Shown piece after piece: positions 38,803 through 54,000 of a stretch of 64,000 nt of DNA. Under the pieces are notes generated by a model that saw nothing but the letters and a program-made list of their open reading frames with translations, was not told where the DNA came from and did no database searches. How positions within the stretch are numbered: the first letter of the stretch is position 1; every line of letters starts with the position of its first letter. The DNA comes from Antedon mediterranea (taxonomy: Eukaryota; Animalia; Echinodermata), in the NCBI RefSeq assembly GCF_964355755.1, contig NC_092673.1, forward strand, positions 30,501,648 to 30,565,647, written 5' to 3'. A program made the position numbers and the translations under genes.

Positions 38803-41800
38803 ATGAATGAAGATCTATTAGACAAGAATGATTTGACTGAATTAGTACTATTGGCAAAAAGAAAAATAAAAGAAAACACAGTTGGAAAACTCGAAGATGT
38901 GTCTTCAAAGAGATTGGAAACTAAGAGTGATGTTGAGCATGGAGAAGAAACAAAGTGCAATTTTTTTATTGATACCACATCTCAACTTCCTACTGATATG
39001 TCATGCCTCACTACCTCGGAAACTGGATGTGACAAGATTAAGGAGACAACCGAAGATAAATCACCTAGTTTAAAATTTAGCGAACCTGCAGAACAGTAAG
39101 ATTAACATTTCCCAATTCGTGTATTAATAACTTGCTATATCCACTAAAGCTGTCTACACTATCAAATGTTATGTGACAAAAAAAATGTGATGTGCCCATA
39201 GTGGACATGTTGATGTCATAATACTGTACTACCATATTTGAGTATATCACTTCCGTATTTGGGCACATCACATTGTGTAGACAGAGCTTAAAGAATGTAT
39301 TTAATTAATTTCTCATTTCCAGTATTACTTGAATTAATAACCTGCTCATATCCAATACTTATAAGAACTTTCCAAAATTTAAGCTGCATTTATACTGACC
39401 CGAATTCAATCTAGTGACTGGAGAGAACTCTGGGTTTAGTTTTTCGATTACCCTTACACACATATGTATGGAATCCGAAATAAGATAGTGTAAACAAATC
39501 TTTTTTTAAATACTTTGCAATTTTTGTATCTTGCCACTGGAATCCGGGCTGGCTTAGTGTGAACACAGCTTTAGACACATCAGAATTATATGTATAAACC
39601 TCAAACTACTTTGACAAAAGTGTGATGTGCCCAAATATGGTAATGACATCATTGTGTCTATATATGGGCATGTCACATTTTGTAATGCGAGTGAGTGGCC
39701 GGGTGGTTAAGACAGTGGAACCGTAATTACGTAGCCATAACATTGGCAGGGGTTCAAGGCTCACTCACTCCATGGTTCTGGTGGTAGAACGAGTCTTCTC
39801 GGATATGGACTATAAACCGTAGGTCCAGTGTATACATCTAGCTCGTGTGCACATTAAAGAACCTAGTACATCTTTCGAGACGAGTAGGGGGTTACCCCGG
39901 TGTATTAGTACATCACAGCCACTGATCACCAACTGGGCCCTCTGGGAGACCAGTCTTTGACTGAAGAGGTTACCCAGTATAAATATATATTTCAATCAAT
40001 CACTGTTATGAGACAAAAATATGGTGTAATTGTTTTACATAGGATTGAATTGGCATCAAAGCTAGATTCTGGTATTTGCAGTGAAAATTTGTATGTGACA
40101 TTTCCAGACAGTAACACAGTTGTTAAAAAACGCTCACAAAGTCATGAAAAGGTAAGGAGGGGCATGAATTCAACTACTGTACAAAGCAGTGGAGCAAACA
40201 GCATGTCGGGAATCTGTACAGTATGCTGAAATAAATCACTGTTTAATGCATTGTCTCCCAGAACAATAAAGATATATAATTAAACTATGAATAGACCATA
40301 TGTTTCTTTCACTGAAATTTAACCAAAATAATAGGGTACTCCTAGTATTTTTAAAAAGGACACAATTATCAGAAACTTTCAAACAATAATTTTTTTGCTA
40401 TTATTTTTTAATGTATTAATTTAATTGCACATAACTTTTTCTACAATAGGTTTTAGAAAAGAGTGTGATTACGCCTGATTTTGAAAAACGTCACTCAATA
40501 CCATCTTACCAAGAATCAAAGAGACAAATGAAAAAACAACGAAAAGTAAGATAAAATGTATTACATAATGTGCATAATATACCACATAGAGGGCAGGCTA
40601 TGCAACCAATGGTCATGTACTAATTATGCTGCTAAACTTGTTTTTTGCTTGGGCAGTGGGTAGGCAGCATATACATTATAAACCATACCATCTTCATTCA
40701 GCTATATACCAATGTAGTACTGTATGGTTTTGTATAGCACTCTTCAATTTGAATAGTGCTATTTGCATATCATTGTGTACCATGTCCCACATATGCATGT
40801 GAAAGATAGCCGAACTACTTATATATAACTTTACCTAACCCTCTAAATAATCTTCTTCACTAAAGTAAAAAGAAGTTGCTCATGGGATTCGAACCCCATA
40901 CAAAGACATTCAAAGTTCATGTATAGTCTAATTTATTTGCGAATTCTCACATCACATCTTATGGATATTCATGTTTATTTTGTGACGTTTCATTAGGGGT
41001 CTCCAACTTTTGTACGAAAAAAAATATTGCATCCCTCATAATTGAAACAGTACTGTCTGCAGATAATTGGATATATATGTAACATAATGCACATAAGTAA
41101 TGATGGATATAATTTCAAAAGATTTTTATTAGTTTTATATTTTTTATAGAAAGAAAAGGATTCTAGCACAGGTAGTGGATGGTACGACATGAAAGCAGCC
41201 GAAATGACAGACGAACTAAGAAGGGATTTGAAACTTATTCAAATGAGATCAATTCTAGATCCAAAACGTTTCTACAAAAACAATGATATGAAAACTATTC
41301 CTAAATTTGTTCAGGTATAATTCAAACTACTGTACTGTGATTTCAGAACTTGTCCTTTTACCTAGAGGTTGTAGGTTGGAATCGTGCCTGATGAATTTTA
41401 TGGGCCATGTCTGTTTAAAGCTGTGCTCCACTTAACTGTTCTATAGAATTTACCTATTTTTTATTATTATGTTTTTATCTAACTTTTGTCCCCCAACACT
41501 TTCTTTGTAGTTATTTTTTTAACATTTGAACATTGTTATTTTCAGATTGGGAAAGTTGTTGATAGTCATATAGATTTCTATAATAGTCGTGTTCCAAAGA
41601 AACAACGAAAAAGCACAATAGTTGATGAGCTACTTGCCGATGATGATTTAAGAAAGTAAGATTTTTCTAGCCCTATTCTATTTCAAAATTATTATTGTGC
41701 TTTTTTTTATTTACAGATCTGTAAATTTTATGAACTATTATTTTCTCTTTACAGACAAAATAAGAGAAAATATCTTGATCTACAACAGAAAAGTATGCAT

Positions 41801-41842
41801 AAATTTTCTAAAGAAAGGAAACGAAAAAAGAAAGGAAAATAA
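38803..41842 (+). CDS. DNTTIP2: DNTTIP2/FCF2 pre-rRNA processing protein (exons 38803-39095, 40043-40151, 40450-40545, 41149-41313, 41546-41655, 41754-41842), ~290 aa
   Basis: Fcf2 motifs KSVITPDFEK, TGSGWYDMKAAEMTDELRRDLKLIQMRSILDPKRFYK, PKFVQIGKVVDSHIDFYNSRVPKKQRKSTIVDELL. A likely non-coding exon 1 donor lies at ~37219. Confidence 0.93.
39685..40000 (+). mobile_element. tRNA-derived SINE with a Deu/Nin-like central domain (second, partial copy at 43886-44025)
   Basis: A box TGGCCGGGTGG and B-like GGTTCAAGGC, followed by GGAT..TAAACCGTAGGTCC..ATTAAAGAACC..GAGTAGGGGGTTACCCCGGTG. Confidence 0.75.
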
Positions 41843-42035
41843 AAAGTTTAGGTATATTTGAACCTTTGTAGAACTACATTGTGCATTCTCTGTGAAATTG
41901 GATGGAAAAAGATTCACAATGAATAATACTACATCAAAATTATTTATTCTTTAGTAATCTATAACAAAGAGCTGATGTTAATGTTCTTTAAACAAATTCA
42001 AACCATCCAAAATGTTCACTTGCTACCGTTAATAT

Positions 42036-45000
42036 CTAATCACAAGTCAGCACATCTGACGTCAAATATTTGACATCATCGACCAGGTTACTCAGTGATG
42101 CATCTGAAACGTAAATAGTTCATCATGTTTCTGCCTCATCTATCAACAATCTTTCATGATATCACGCATACAAATATATTGTTTATTGGTAGATCACATG
42201 ACCATCCATGTAATCTTAGGTTTTATAATTATTAGGTTGATTCTTATTTGAAAAAAAATTAAATATGCCATTTTAATGTCATATAGTAGTAATAAAAAAA
42301 ACATTTTGAAATTTTTTTTTATCTGGAAGTGATTAACTTGATTAAAACTACAAGAAACCTATTCAAAGTCTCATTTAATAAATCTTCATTTTTCATGTTT
42401 TTGGAGAAACAATACATTATGTAGTGTGTTCTCTGTATATTCCACATGTTAGCTCTGTCTACACTATCAAATGTTATATAGCCCATATATGGACATGATC
42501 ATGTCATATCACTACACTATTTGGGCACATCACACTTTTTTTGTCAAACTAGTTTGATAGCACTGTCAGACAGAGCTTTATGTTCGATATTGAATGGAAA
42601 AAGATCAAATGTACATATAACCTGAACAAGATTATGAGTGATTTAAAGCATACCTGTAACATGTTGCCCTGTATCTTGTTGTGGCTCTTCATACGCTGAT
42701 TCTGAAGGTTCTATAAAATCACCCTTTCCTCGATGATGCTTTTCTTTTGTCAAACTCTCAATTAGGCCTTCTTGCCTAAGGGTTACCTTTGGAAAATTAT
42801 AAATATAAATGGCAATTTAATAACAAATACTGTACTGTAGCAACCATTTTGGTTTGTGGTATTGTTTGGGTTTAGGCCTAAACTTAAGTTTTCTTAAATC
42901 ATGCCCACTTTACCAATGATCTCCCTATAAACACATTTAAGTACAATTTAAAGCCTTATCTTTAAAGTTTGATATGCCCAGATATGGTAGTGATATGCTT
43001 AAATATGGTAGTAATATGACATCATGTCTATATATGGGAACATTTTTTTGTCACATAAAATTTGATAATGTAGACCGCTTTATAGATATATGTACTGAAT
43101 AAGATATACAGGTAGTGCCTATATGTCTGTAATTAAAGACAAATTTGGACAAAGGTTTTTGTTTGTGTCTTTATGTGGTTTAAATGGCCATTTTGGTCTC
43201 TACTCACAGCCTCTAGTTGACTAGTATGTATTTAACTGTGGTACTTAAAAGATGTCATTTCTAGGTGTAGTTTTTCAACTTGTCTTCAGTAAGTTACACA
43301 AACCTTTAAAATATTATTGTCTTTCTGTAAATGTTTGACTTGTTTTTGTAATTTCTCTACTTCCTTCTTGTAGAAAGTTTCTTGTGATTTCATTTGATCT
43401 TCAAATCTCTGTTTTTCTCGCACAGCTTTCCTTTCGCACTGTCTCATTGACACAACTGAAAGTAGGTCAGTTAAGATAAAGTATTGAAATATTACATGTT
43501 GCAGTGTGTAGGGTTTTTTTAGTACAGTACAACGCGACTCTACAGCTCACTATGTCGGTCGGTTGGTCAGTCAGTAAACACTAACTTGTGCACGCGACTG
43601 TAGCCATGTATATGGCCTTGTTTTATTGAGGGTCAGTGGCCGTATTACCAATAATACTTAAGGCTTGGTTCCCACTAGGACGTAACGCAAGGATATAAAT
43701 GCAATGCAAGCGTCTTTAGGGGCAGTACACAAGACTTACCTGCTTTTGTGTGTTCCCGTCTAGCAGTGTTCAAGTGACCTTCCATTGTTGCTAATTGATT
43801 ACTGTACTCTGTATCTAGTGCTTGCTGCCTTTCATCAGATACTAAAAAAAAAAAATAGATAAGACAAGAATGAACTTTAAACTCCGAGGGTTCGAGGTTC
43901 ACTCGCTCTATGGTTCTGGTGGTAGAACGCGTCTTCTCGGATAAGGACTATAACCTGTAGGTCTAGTGTACACATCTAGCTCATGTGCAAAGAACCTAAT
44001 ACATCTCTTGAAACGAGTAGGGGGCTATTAATATTCAGTATATCACCAGGAAGTTAAGAAATTGTTTTGTGCATGTCGATTTATATAATATGATGGGTTG
44101 ATAGAAGTGCCATGGACACTACTGGAAATATTTATATTTGCGCTGCAAGATTCATAATCGGAACATAGGAAAATAATATCTTTTTTTTAATGGAACATAA
44201 CATGTTTATTTTGTGAACATCTTAACAAACCTTTTTTATTTTTGCGTCTTTCTTTTATTAACTCTTCCTTCTGATCTGCAATTTCTTTGCTCGTTTCTTG
44301 GAACCGAATTTCTAGCTCTAAAAACTTTTCATTTGATTTGTCGATGTTCTAATTATTAAAAATAAAAACAACACTAATATCATAGTATATTGACAAGACA
44401 CAATTTAAGTTGTTTTCTAATGGACATAGATGCGTAATAAATTTGTCAGATCCCAAACAGTGTATTTGATTAAAATTTACCTTTGATTTCACTTCAAGCA
44501 AATCTTGCAATGTTTTAATTTCTTCTTTTTTGGCTTTTAATTCTTCCTCTTTTGTTAATTTAAAATCTTGTATCTGTTGAAGGGCAGTTTGAGCATCTTC
44601 TTTGAGACGAGAAACCAGTAAATCACGTTCCTCCATTGTCTGTTTTAGTTCCTCTTTCAAAGCAAGCTCACTGTAAAAAAACAACACTGCTGTATTATTT
44701 TACCCTAAACCATATTTACTGAGTTAATCTTGGTAATCAAGCAAAACAAGTATTCTGTGACTGTTGGTCCTGGAAGTTTGTAGAGCATTTATTTTTCATT
44801 CATTCATATCATTTATATTTTCCATAATATTCAAAATAAAACAAGGTGACTTGAAAAAAAAAACTTTGAAAATAAAATAAAATAGTATGAAATGGAAGGA
44901 TGTCTTTATAGGACAAAATGTCACTTAAGCTAAGGCCACCGGTGAAACACAAGGCATTTGAATGGTTATTATTAATACAAAATACAAAGTAAATGAAAGG

Positions 45001-48000
45001 AGAAAAGTAAAGATAAATGACAGGATGTCATCAATGATTGTGTAAACAATTGAGGTTTGTAACATTGGAAATGGAAAATAACACACAAAAAAACCCAGAC
45101 AGAATGCAAGCAATCAATAGAGCCATAAACTGAGACCAGAGTAGGTAAAGTTGAAACCTAAGCTAATGCTAACGGCTGTGGTGCCCATCTCCATTTCTTT
45201 AGCCAGACTCCACTAATTGTGTTTGTTTCGGGGTACGCCACTCCTCCCGCACAAACGAGTCTGATTTACCTTCTCAATACTTTTTACATACCGGTACCCA
45301 TTTCTATCACCTGGATGGGGAGGAACAATGTCGATAAAGAATCTTTGTCAAGGACTCAACACTGTACTGACTGGGCCGGGGCTTGAACCAACAACCTCTT
45401 GATTGCAAGTCCAATGCTCTAGCCACTGTGCCACAGTGCTCCAGAGTAGATTTGTAGATTATGTTTAAAACTAGAAATTTAAGATTTAGATAAAATGGTT
45501 TTAAAGAGGGAATACCATAATTTGGAACCTGTATATAAAATATGATGTTGACGAAGAAAGCCTACCAATTAGTTGGAATTTCTGTCATATCGTCCAAAAT
45601 AGCAATTGAAGCTGAGTCTTTTCCGTCAACCTTCAATCGCCACATGGCATCTTTTCTTTGGAAGAGACCTAGAATAATTTAAAAACATAGTAATACTGAT
45701 TTTTGTAAATTCTCATTTTTACCTATAGTAGAACTCCTCCTTTGGGACACCACTAATGTTTGGTTCACACTAGAGACGCAAGGTAAGGATGTAACGCAAC
45801 ACAAGTGATTTGACCAATCACTGGTGATGGATTATTCGAACTTTCGCTTGGTCAACTCGCTTGTTGTGCTAATACGTCAATGCGTTGCATTGCATCTTAG
45901 TGGCAACCAAGTTTAAGTGGACATTTTTCCATGAAACAAAGCAACAATATATTAATATAGAGTAATATTTTTGATTTTGTAAATTATTGTATATAAGATT
46001 TATATTTCTGTACAGCGCTTTGGTTTCTGCGAAAAGCGCTATATAAAAAACTATAACAATAATAATATTATGTTCTAAATCCTCTGGGGACATTTCTATT
46101 AAGGGGACACTTTAGTTATGTCTCAAAGATGTTCCCTTAATAGGGATTCTACTACTGTATATTAATGTCCATATTATCACTATTTTGTTTAGAGTTTATA
46201 TTTATATATAAATATTTATTATATATAATATTTTTACACAGACCGTACCTTTTAACATCTCTATTCTGCTGACAGCATAGCTAATCCTATGGTCATAGTT
46301 TGACAGTTTATTAAAAGCACTTTGCATTGAATCTTCAACAGTATTCCCATTGCAAACATGACTGTATGTAACAATAATAATCAATTAGATTAGTCGTTTG
46401 ATAATATCATGAGTCATTATCACATCATTATCATTATGACACATCATAATTGTAATCACATAATAATTAATTAATAGTGTTTCATTTCATAATCACATCC
46501 TAACCACATCTGACCAAGCCGTTTCTGAAAGCCCTCCCATTGCATCTACTCTTACGTTATTTTTATTTCTGTGATATATATATATATATTTACTTTTTCT
46601 TTTTGTCTGATTGTTATGGCATCCATGATACAAGCATTTGCTTTCTAGGTGATGCCACTATTTTTTTTTTCATGATCGATCGATCATAATCATCACATCA
46701 TAATCACACATTATTATCCTAAAAAAACATTATCAAATCACAATAGAATAAGAACATACCTGTCAACTAAAGACAGAATATGTTGATTCGCTCGTACAGA
46801 CTCCTCTAATCTTTGATCCAGTACAACAGCGACCTCTTGTGATGAGATCAACTCTTCTTCGAGATCCTGTGCAAAAATATTTTAAGAAGAAATTCAAATC
46901 AAATTTTCATTCATCTTGTACCTTTCTAACGTACAGTAGAACCAAGACAATCTAAAAGGAGACTGAGCTCGCCTTGCCAAGATAGGAACTTGTAACAGTC
47001 CTTTGATCCTATATCTGGCTGCGACAAATACTAACAGCACCCACCCCCTCCCCTCCCCTTGCGTACGGTCCTGAACAGTACTACACATGTACATATTCTC
47101 TGTGTCTCTGTCTTGCAGACAAAGATAAACCCTTTAAATGCCAGAGCTCAGTATGCTTTTGTTAGATAGCCTTCGTAGAACCCATCATTGGAGGACCCCT
47201 TATTCAGAAGGCACGCACTCCTTATTCAGAGGAAACCCCGTATTCAGGGGAAGCAACAATGTTAAACATTACAATTCAGTGAACACCTTTATTATGTGGA
47301 TACTTTGTTGGGTTTCGAAAGTGTCCCCTTAATACGGTTTTACGTATACACTTGTGATACCTTATTTTTATTGAGTTGTATTTGCAACTCTGCCTGGCTG
47401 TCACTGATCTTGTGTTTTAAAATTTCAAGTTCGTTATTTGAACTATGGAGCTTTGCCTGCATATCGTCAACCTTAAAAACAAAGAAACATAATGAATGCT
47501 AAACAACTGTTGAATGCTTTGAAGTTATGCGGAAAATCAAAAACCACAGATAGATTTAATCATGTACATATCAAAAGTTCCAAAATTGAATTGGATGCTT
47601 GTTTACAATATGAAATACTCTCTCCTATCTTAAGCGCTCTGTTCACACTATCGAACTAGTTTGACAAAAAAAAGTGTGATGTGTCCAAATATAGTATTGA
47701 TATGCTTAAAGTTAAACATGAAATAACATCATCATGTCCACATATGGGCACATCATATTTGTTGTCACATAAAGTTTGATAGTGTAGACAGAGCTTTATA
47801 CAAATGACCAAATAAGGAAATATATTAACTTAACATTCAATCATAACCATTTTAAATACAAAATCATACAGTCATTTCATTACCATTATTTTGTGGTTGT
47901 GATCATTCCTCTTCATTACCAAATCTTGTGACTTTCTCTGCACCATTAGTTTGAAGACATTCTCTCGCCATTTTGTTAAAATATTCTCCATTTTTGTGCA

Positions 48001-51000
48001 AGCTTCATCAGACTCCTATAAAGATCAATAACTGTGTGTTTATTTTACTTTTTTTAAATCTCTAAACTATACAAAGGTGTGAAATATACTGTAGAGATAC
48101 TAAGTATTTTTTTAGCTAAAATCAGAACATAATTTCAAATAAAGTGAAAAAAAAAATACCGGTTACTGTACTGTATACTGTATCTCTTGTAAATAATGAT
48201 ATAATTAACTGTATTTGAACAAGCATACCTTGGAAAGTTCAACGTCCTGAATAGCTTGAATTTCAGTGGCTGATGTCAGTCTTAGGTTGGTTAATTCTAA
48301 GCTGGTTTTTAGACACAAGCATTCCTTTTCAAGACTCTAAAATTACACAAAACCATCATACAGTACAGCCAACTCATCCAATACTGGACACCTTTGGGCT
48401 GGCTAAATATGTCTGAATGTGTTTTTAATGGTAAAAAGAAGTTTGGGACCTTTTGGTACTCAAGAAAAGTCTGGATTTCAGAGAGCTGGTATTGGGAGAG
48501 TCGACTGTATAATATTTATAGTGGAAATAATGTAGTAACAGTTTAAAGTGGAGGCAGTGTATTGTGGCGCAGGTGTAAAGCTATCTGTCCACATTGTCAA
48601 ACAAATTTTACCAAAAAAAGTGTGATGTGCTCAAATATGGTAGTGATATGCCCAAATATGGTAATGATATGACATCATCATGTCCATATTTGGGCACATC
48701 ATACTTTTTTGTCACATAAATTTTTATAGTGTAGACAGGGATTACTTCAGATAACGTGTAGGTGGCAGAGAAAGTGAGTAAAAGAGGAGCGAAGTACTTA
48801 AAATGAAGATACACAGTACTTTGATCTGTTGGTTGTATCGTTGCTTCTCTATTTGCCAGGTAGCTGTTGTCTTGTTTGACGTAAAAGAATCATTCATGTA
48901 AGTCTGTAATCTTTTAACTTGTTCCTTTAATTCGGCCGATTGATTTTCACTTTCTCTAGAAGGGAATAAACATTTAATTAACAAGTTTACTTTAAACAGT
49001 TAAAATTGCAGAAAAACATATTTTCTTCACATTTTACTTAAAGATGTATTGTCCCTTTCACTAATTCCCCAAATTTTTTTTTTTTAATTTTTGAAAACAA
49101 GTGGGTCATTTTGAAGTATCATAATAGTTATTAACTTTCACCAAAAATTAGTCGAAAAAAAAAAATAATTTAACCAAAATACAGATGTTTTTTTGTTCAA
49201 AAAATAACTTTGACTTCCAGTCAAAGTTTTCAATCAAAACATATCTCATAATGCAACGCACTTATTTGGCTACTCTGTATGCATAATCATAAAACTTCCT
49301 CGCGATCTGTGTGAAAACACCTTCTCAACCGTGACAAGTTGTAAACAATCCTAATTAGCATCATGCATAATGCATACTCATGGTTTGAAATCTTTGTTTA
49401 CTTTCGCTTGCGACGATTTCCCAGATGAAATGTAATCTAATTAATTTACCTTGTTTCAAGGGACAATACATCTGTCTACACTATCAAACTAGTTTGACAA
49501 AAAAAGTGTGATGTGCCCAAATATGGTAGTGATACGCTTAAATATAGTAGTGATATGACATCATCATGTCCATATATGGGCACATCAATTTTTTTTTGCC
49601 ACATAAAGTTTGCTATCGAAAGAAGATGGACTGTGGCGATTCAAGGTAAATTCAAGGTAAAATTCAAGGATAGTTTAGACAGAGCTTCAGACTTAATTTA
49701 ATAATAATTTTAATCTTTTACAGGCAGAGGAATAAAATGAGTAGAAAATATTAGAGGATATGAACTGTTTAAGCAAGTCTACTACTGAATCAAGAAATTA
49801 TGAATAGAATTTGAAAAAACAAATGCATAAAGATTCATACAAAAAAGATGGAAATGCTATTAAGCCTGGTAAAATATTTGTTTTCTCTCACCTAAGTTGT
49901 TTCTTATATTGAGCTTCTGTTGATTCTAGTAACTTTTCTAAATCTGATTTTTGATGACACATGTGTTTCAAAGTGGCATGGCTTTTTTCTAATTCAATAG
50001 ACTGTGTTTTAATTGTTTCTTCAAGTTGATTCTGTTTCTGAATGCTCATTGTTCTTAAGTGTTCAATCTATATTTTAGTAAATGTAAAGACATGTCTACA
50101 CTAGCAAACTAGTTTCCAAATATGACAGTGATATGCCCAAAGTAGTGATATGACATCATCGTGTTTATATATGGACACATCACAATTTTTTATCACATAA
50201 AGTTTGATAGTGTAGACAGAGCTTTATGTCTACGCTATCAAACTAGTTTGTCAAAAAAGTGTGAGGTGTCCAAACAAATATAGCAGTCATATGCCCAAGT
50301 ATGGTAGTGATATGACATATATCATGTCCATATTATGGGCACATTTTTTTTTCATATAAAGTTTGACAGGGTTTAACAAATTGTTATCGTACCATGGTAC
50401 GAATGTATGAGGTAAAAGATTGTATAAATTTGGTGAGCTTCACAGGTTGCTGGGGCTGGGCGTGCTGTATATAGTCAAAATGAATTTTACTGGGAAGGTT
50501 TTAAACTATTTGAATCATACTCAGGAGTGGGTTAGTGATTCAGGGGAGTACTGGAGTATTAAAATTGTACTGGGAATGTTATAAACTACATTTGAAAATT
50601 ATCAGAAGGTTTATGGTTGTACTAGAATATACATTAAAAAAATCAGTGAGTGCAGTGTGTGTTGTGGGTATTAGGGAGTTACTGGAGGAGGGGGTTATGT
50701 GGTATCAAAATGATTGGAATTGTACAGGGAACATTTAAAACTACATTTTAACTGTACCTCTTTAACATGGCCTTCATCATTCTGTTTAAGCCTAGCTTCC
50801 CGTTGTCTAGCAACCGTGATATTCTCTCTCTCATTGTCTTGCACACAAGTTTTCAATTCTTGTATCTGTTGTTGGTATTGTCCTGTAAGGGTCTGTATCT
50901 CGGCCTTTAGTTGCCCGATTTCAGTTGCTTGTTTTGTAATTATCTCGGAGGTGTGCTGCATTGGAAATACATTGGTGTGGTGGTAGGGGTCCGGCCTAGG

Positions 51001-54000
51001 CTCCAAAAAAATGGGTGGTCTCAGCTCTGAAGATGGTCTATATCTTTCTTTCTGAAAGCAAAAATAAAACATACACTACATACTAATATGTATTAATATA
51101 AACTTTATTACAGTAGTGGTTGGAATGATGTATGTTTTGGTAGATTTATACACACCGGCTGTTTCTTCACTCAAAACCTTTAGCTTTTTTCTAGAATGCT
51201 GCTCAAACACCTTGGCTCACCTATTTCATACCGGGTGGGTCAATGCAACTCACCATATCATTTAAGATGACTCCTTGATAACAAATGGACCAGACTGACC
51301 CACTTCCAGTTGAAAGAGTTTTAGGAGTTAGTATCATGGTGCGTAGAAAGTGATGTTTTTAAATACAAGGTCCATCTTCATTATTATCTTCCAACAAGAA
51401 GAAATATACTTAAAACTATTACTCAGTTCCATAAATGATCAATTTCGGTTTGAAGATTTGAGACCTACCTGTAATTTATGTGCTCCTTCATCTTCCGCAA
51501 CCTTAGAACTACAAAAGATAAAACAAACACAAGTATTTAAGGATAATAAGTGGAGTTGTAGCTTGGTGGTTTAGATGCTTGGCTACCAATCCCAGGGCCC
51601 AGGGTTCAAATCCTGTCAGATGCCAGTGATTTTTTTTTCTCATGACAGAACAACTCCACTCCCAACAACTTGTAATAAGACTTTGTTTGTGTTGAGCATC
51701 TTGTGTATATTTTTGTGTGTGATTATTTAAGGGTGAAGCCGCTTTAATAACTACTAGTCTTAACGTCTATGTGGCTACCCTCCCTCTCCAGGAGACTTGT
51801 CTCCAAAAACTGTCATAAAAGAAATAAAAATATTTAGGAACAGCAGACCACCAAAATAAGAATCTTGCAATGTAAAAATGTTAACTTGTTAAATGTTTGT
51901 CACCTACCGTAGTTTTACATTTTCTTTATTTAGTTCAATGATTGCTTTAGTTGCTTCTGATAGCTCTTTCAAGTGAGACAGTTGTGGGATGGTCATGCGA
52001 GGGTCACTGGTTGTTTCAGTTTGACCTTTCACCTCTTCATCCTGTATGCTATGTTGATTTACACTAACTGATGCATCTTTTGTTTCTCGTGATACAGGTG
52101 GTGTGTTTGGGCACACATTCTCAGCAGCCTTCTGCTTTGACTTTTGAAATAATGATGGAGGGATTAGCTCAGGTCCTTTATCTATCCAAGTGAAAATTAT
52201 TCAATTTTGACATTGCCGCAATGAAATTAAAAGACAATTATGATGAATCTTGCCAATTGGCATTGTTGCATGATTTCATATTCATGTTGTTTTATTGGCA
52301 ACAATAATATAATAGGCCTAAATCATATCTTTTTTGCAACTATAAAGACTAGCTAAGTATCAGTGAAGTGTGCACAATGCCAATGATAATTGCAAATCTC
52401 AAACTTTCAGTAGGGGTGTCACGAAACCTAAGACCACGAAAGCTAAGACCCCCTAAGACCTAAGATCACGAAAGCTAAGACCCAAGACCTAAGACCCCGT
52501 TGAGTAAATGTATATTTTTTCTTTACAACAAACAAACTTGACGGATTGTTTGTTGGTATATATTTACTCCAATTGTGTTGGTTCAGGGGATGTTTTTCTT
52601 TCGCACCTGCCTTTCTTGTATTTTGACTCCAAATTTGTTAACTGACTTTATCCTGAATACCACACTTTAAAATTAGGACTTATAAGTACTTTCAGAAGGA
52701 GAAACACATAAAAACAAATAAATAAATCCTTTAAATTGATGATTTTACAGACGTGTTTCTTTGTATACTGTAACTCCCATGCTCAATGTTTTTGTTTCTA
52801 TGGAGCGCCAAAAGAGCAACAATAATAGAACAAGTATAAAAACAGAAAGAAAACGAAAAAAAAAACAAACAAAAAACTTATTATCATGATTTTTAAATTA
52901 AAATTTATTTGCGAGTATTTATTTCTTCGTACTAGCATGATTATACTATTATATTATTATTACAATTTTAATTCTACATTGTTCCATTCCATCCACACTG
53001 TAGATGGACTCCACAGAGTTTTCAGCCCTCAATATAATTTTTGCTCTTTTGACGTTCCATAGAAACAAAAACATTGAACATTGGGTAGGCCTACTGTACT
53101 CTGTAGGCTAGTCATGCAAAATTTGCAAACAGTATGTGTGCGAGAAAAACGTCTGTAAAATCATCAATTTAAAAATGTATTTGTTACTTTTTATGTGATT
53201 CTTTTTCATAAAAGTGCTAATTCTAAGGTGTGGTATTCAGAATAAATGTTGGAGGTTAAAATACAAGGCAGGTGCGAAAGATAAATATTGTAATCTTAGG
53301 TCTTGGGTCTTTGCTTTCGTGATCTTAGGTCTTAGGGGGTCTTAGCTTTCGTGGTCTTAGGTTTCGTGACACCCCTTTTAGTAGCCGGGTCCTCCTAAAC
53401 AATTTAAGTGTTAATTTAATGAATTATGATATATATAGACTTAATAGCATTTCCAATAATATCAATTTTGGAGCGATATAGACACCAAAAATGTTAAATA
53501 ATCGACCAGCTTCGCGTTCATGAAGACCTTCGCGAAATGAACTGAGTTGGACCCTAGCTCTAGGCTTAGCCTAAGCCTAGAGCTAGGGTCTAGGCCTAAG
53601 CCTTAGTTAGGCCTAAACTAGCTAGCCTAGGCCCTATCTACTTTATTAACTTGGCTAGCTAGGCTAGGTATCAATTCACCTCACGGCCCATGTACTAGGC
53701 CTAACTAGGCCTATTATGGGCACTAAGGCGCAGGATTGGTCATAGCAATAAATAGCAAACAAATAGCTGTGTAAATGCTATACCTGATACAGCAATAATA
53801 GCAATTAATAGCAAACAAATAGCTGTGTAAATTGCTATACCTTTTACAGCAATAATAGCAAATAATAGCAAACAAATAGGGGTGTCACGAAACCTAAGAC
53901 CACGAAAGGTAAGACCCCCTAAGACCTAAGATCACGAAAGCTAAGACCCAAGATTACAAATTCTAAGATATACTACAGCTTAAAACAATACTTGTTTATC

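Larger units (their letters stand above)
12009..50368. mobile_element. Dispersed PIF/Harbinger-like MITE family, ~13 copies (span given; copies ~12009, 19925, 24066, 24883, 39148, 39601, 42451, 42963, 47633, 48579, 49471, 50093, 50227)
   Basis: TIR AGCTCTGTCTACACTATCAAACT and core GTGATGTGCCCAAATATGGTAGTGATATG. TAA/TTA flanks, e.g. TAA-24883..25016-TAA. Confidence 0.85.

Noticed and set aside
51552-51625. tRNA-like sequences (also ~39685, ~45370-45442, ~32555)
   Set aside because: A/B boxes are present but there is no proper cloverleaf, and they continue into SINE or MITE bodies.
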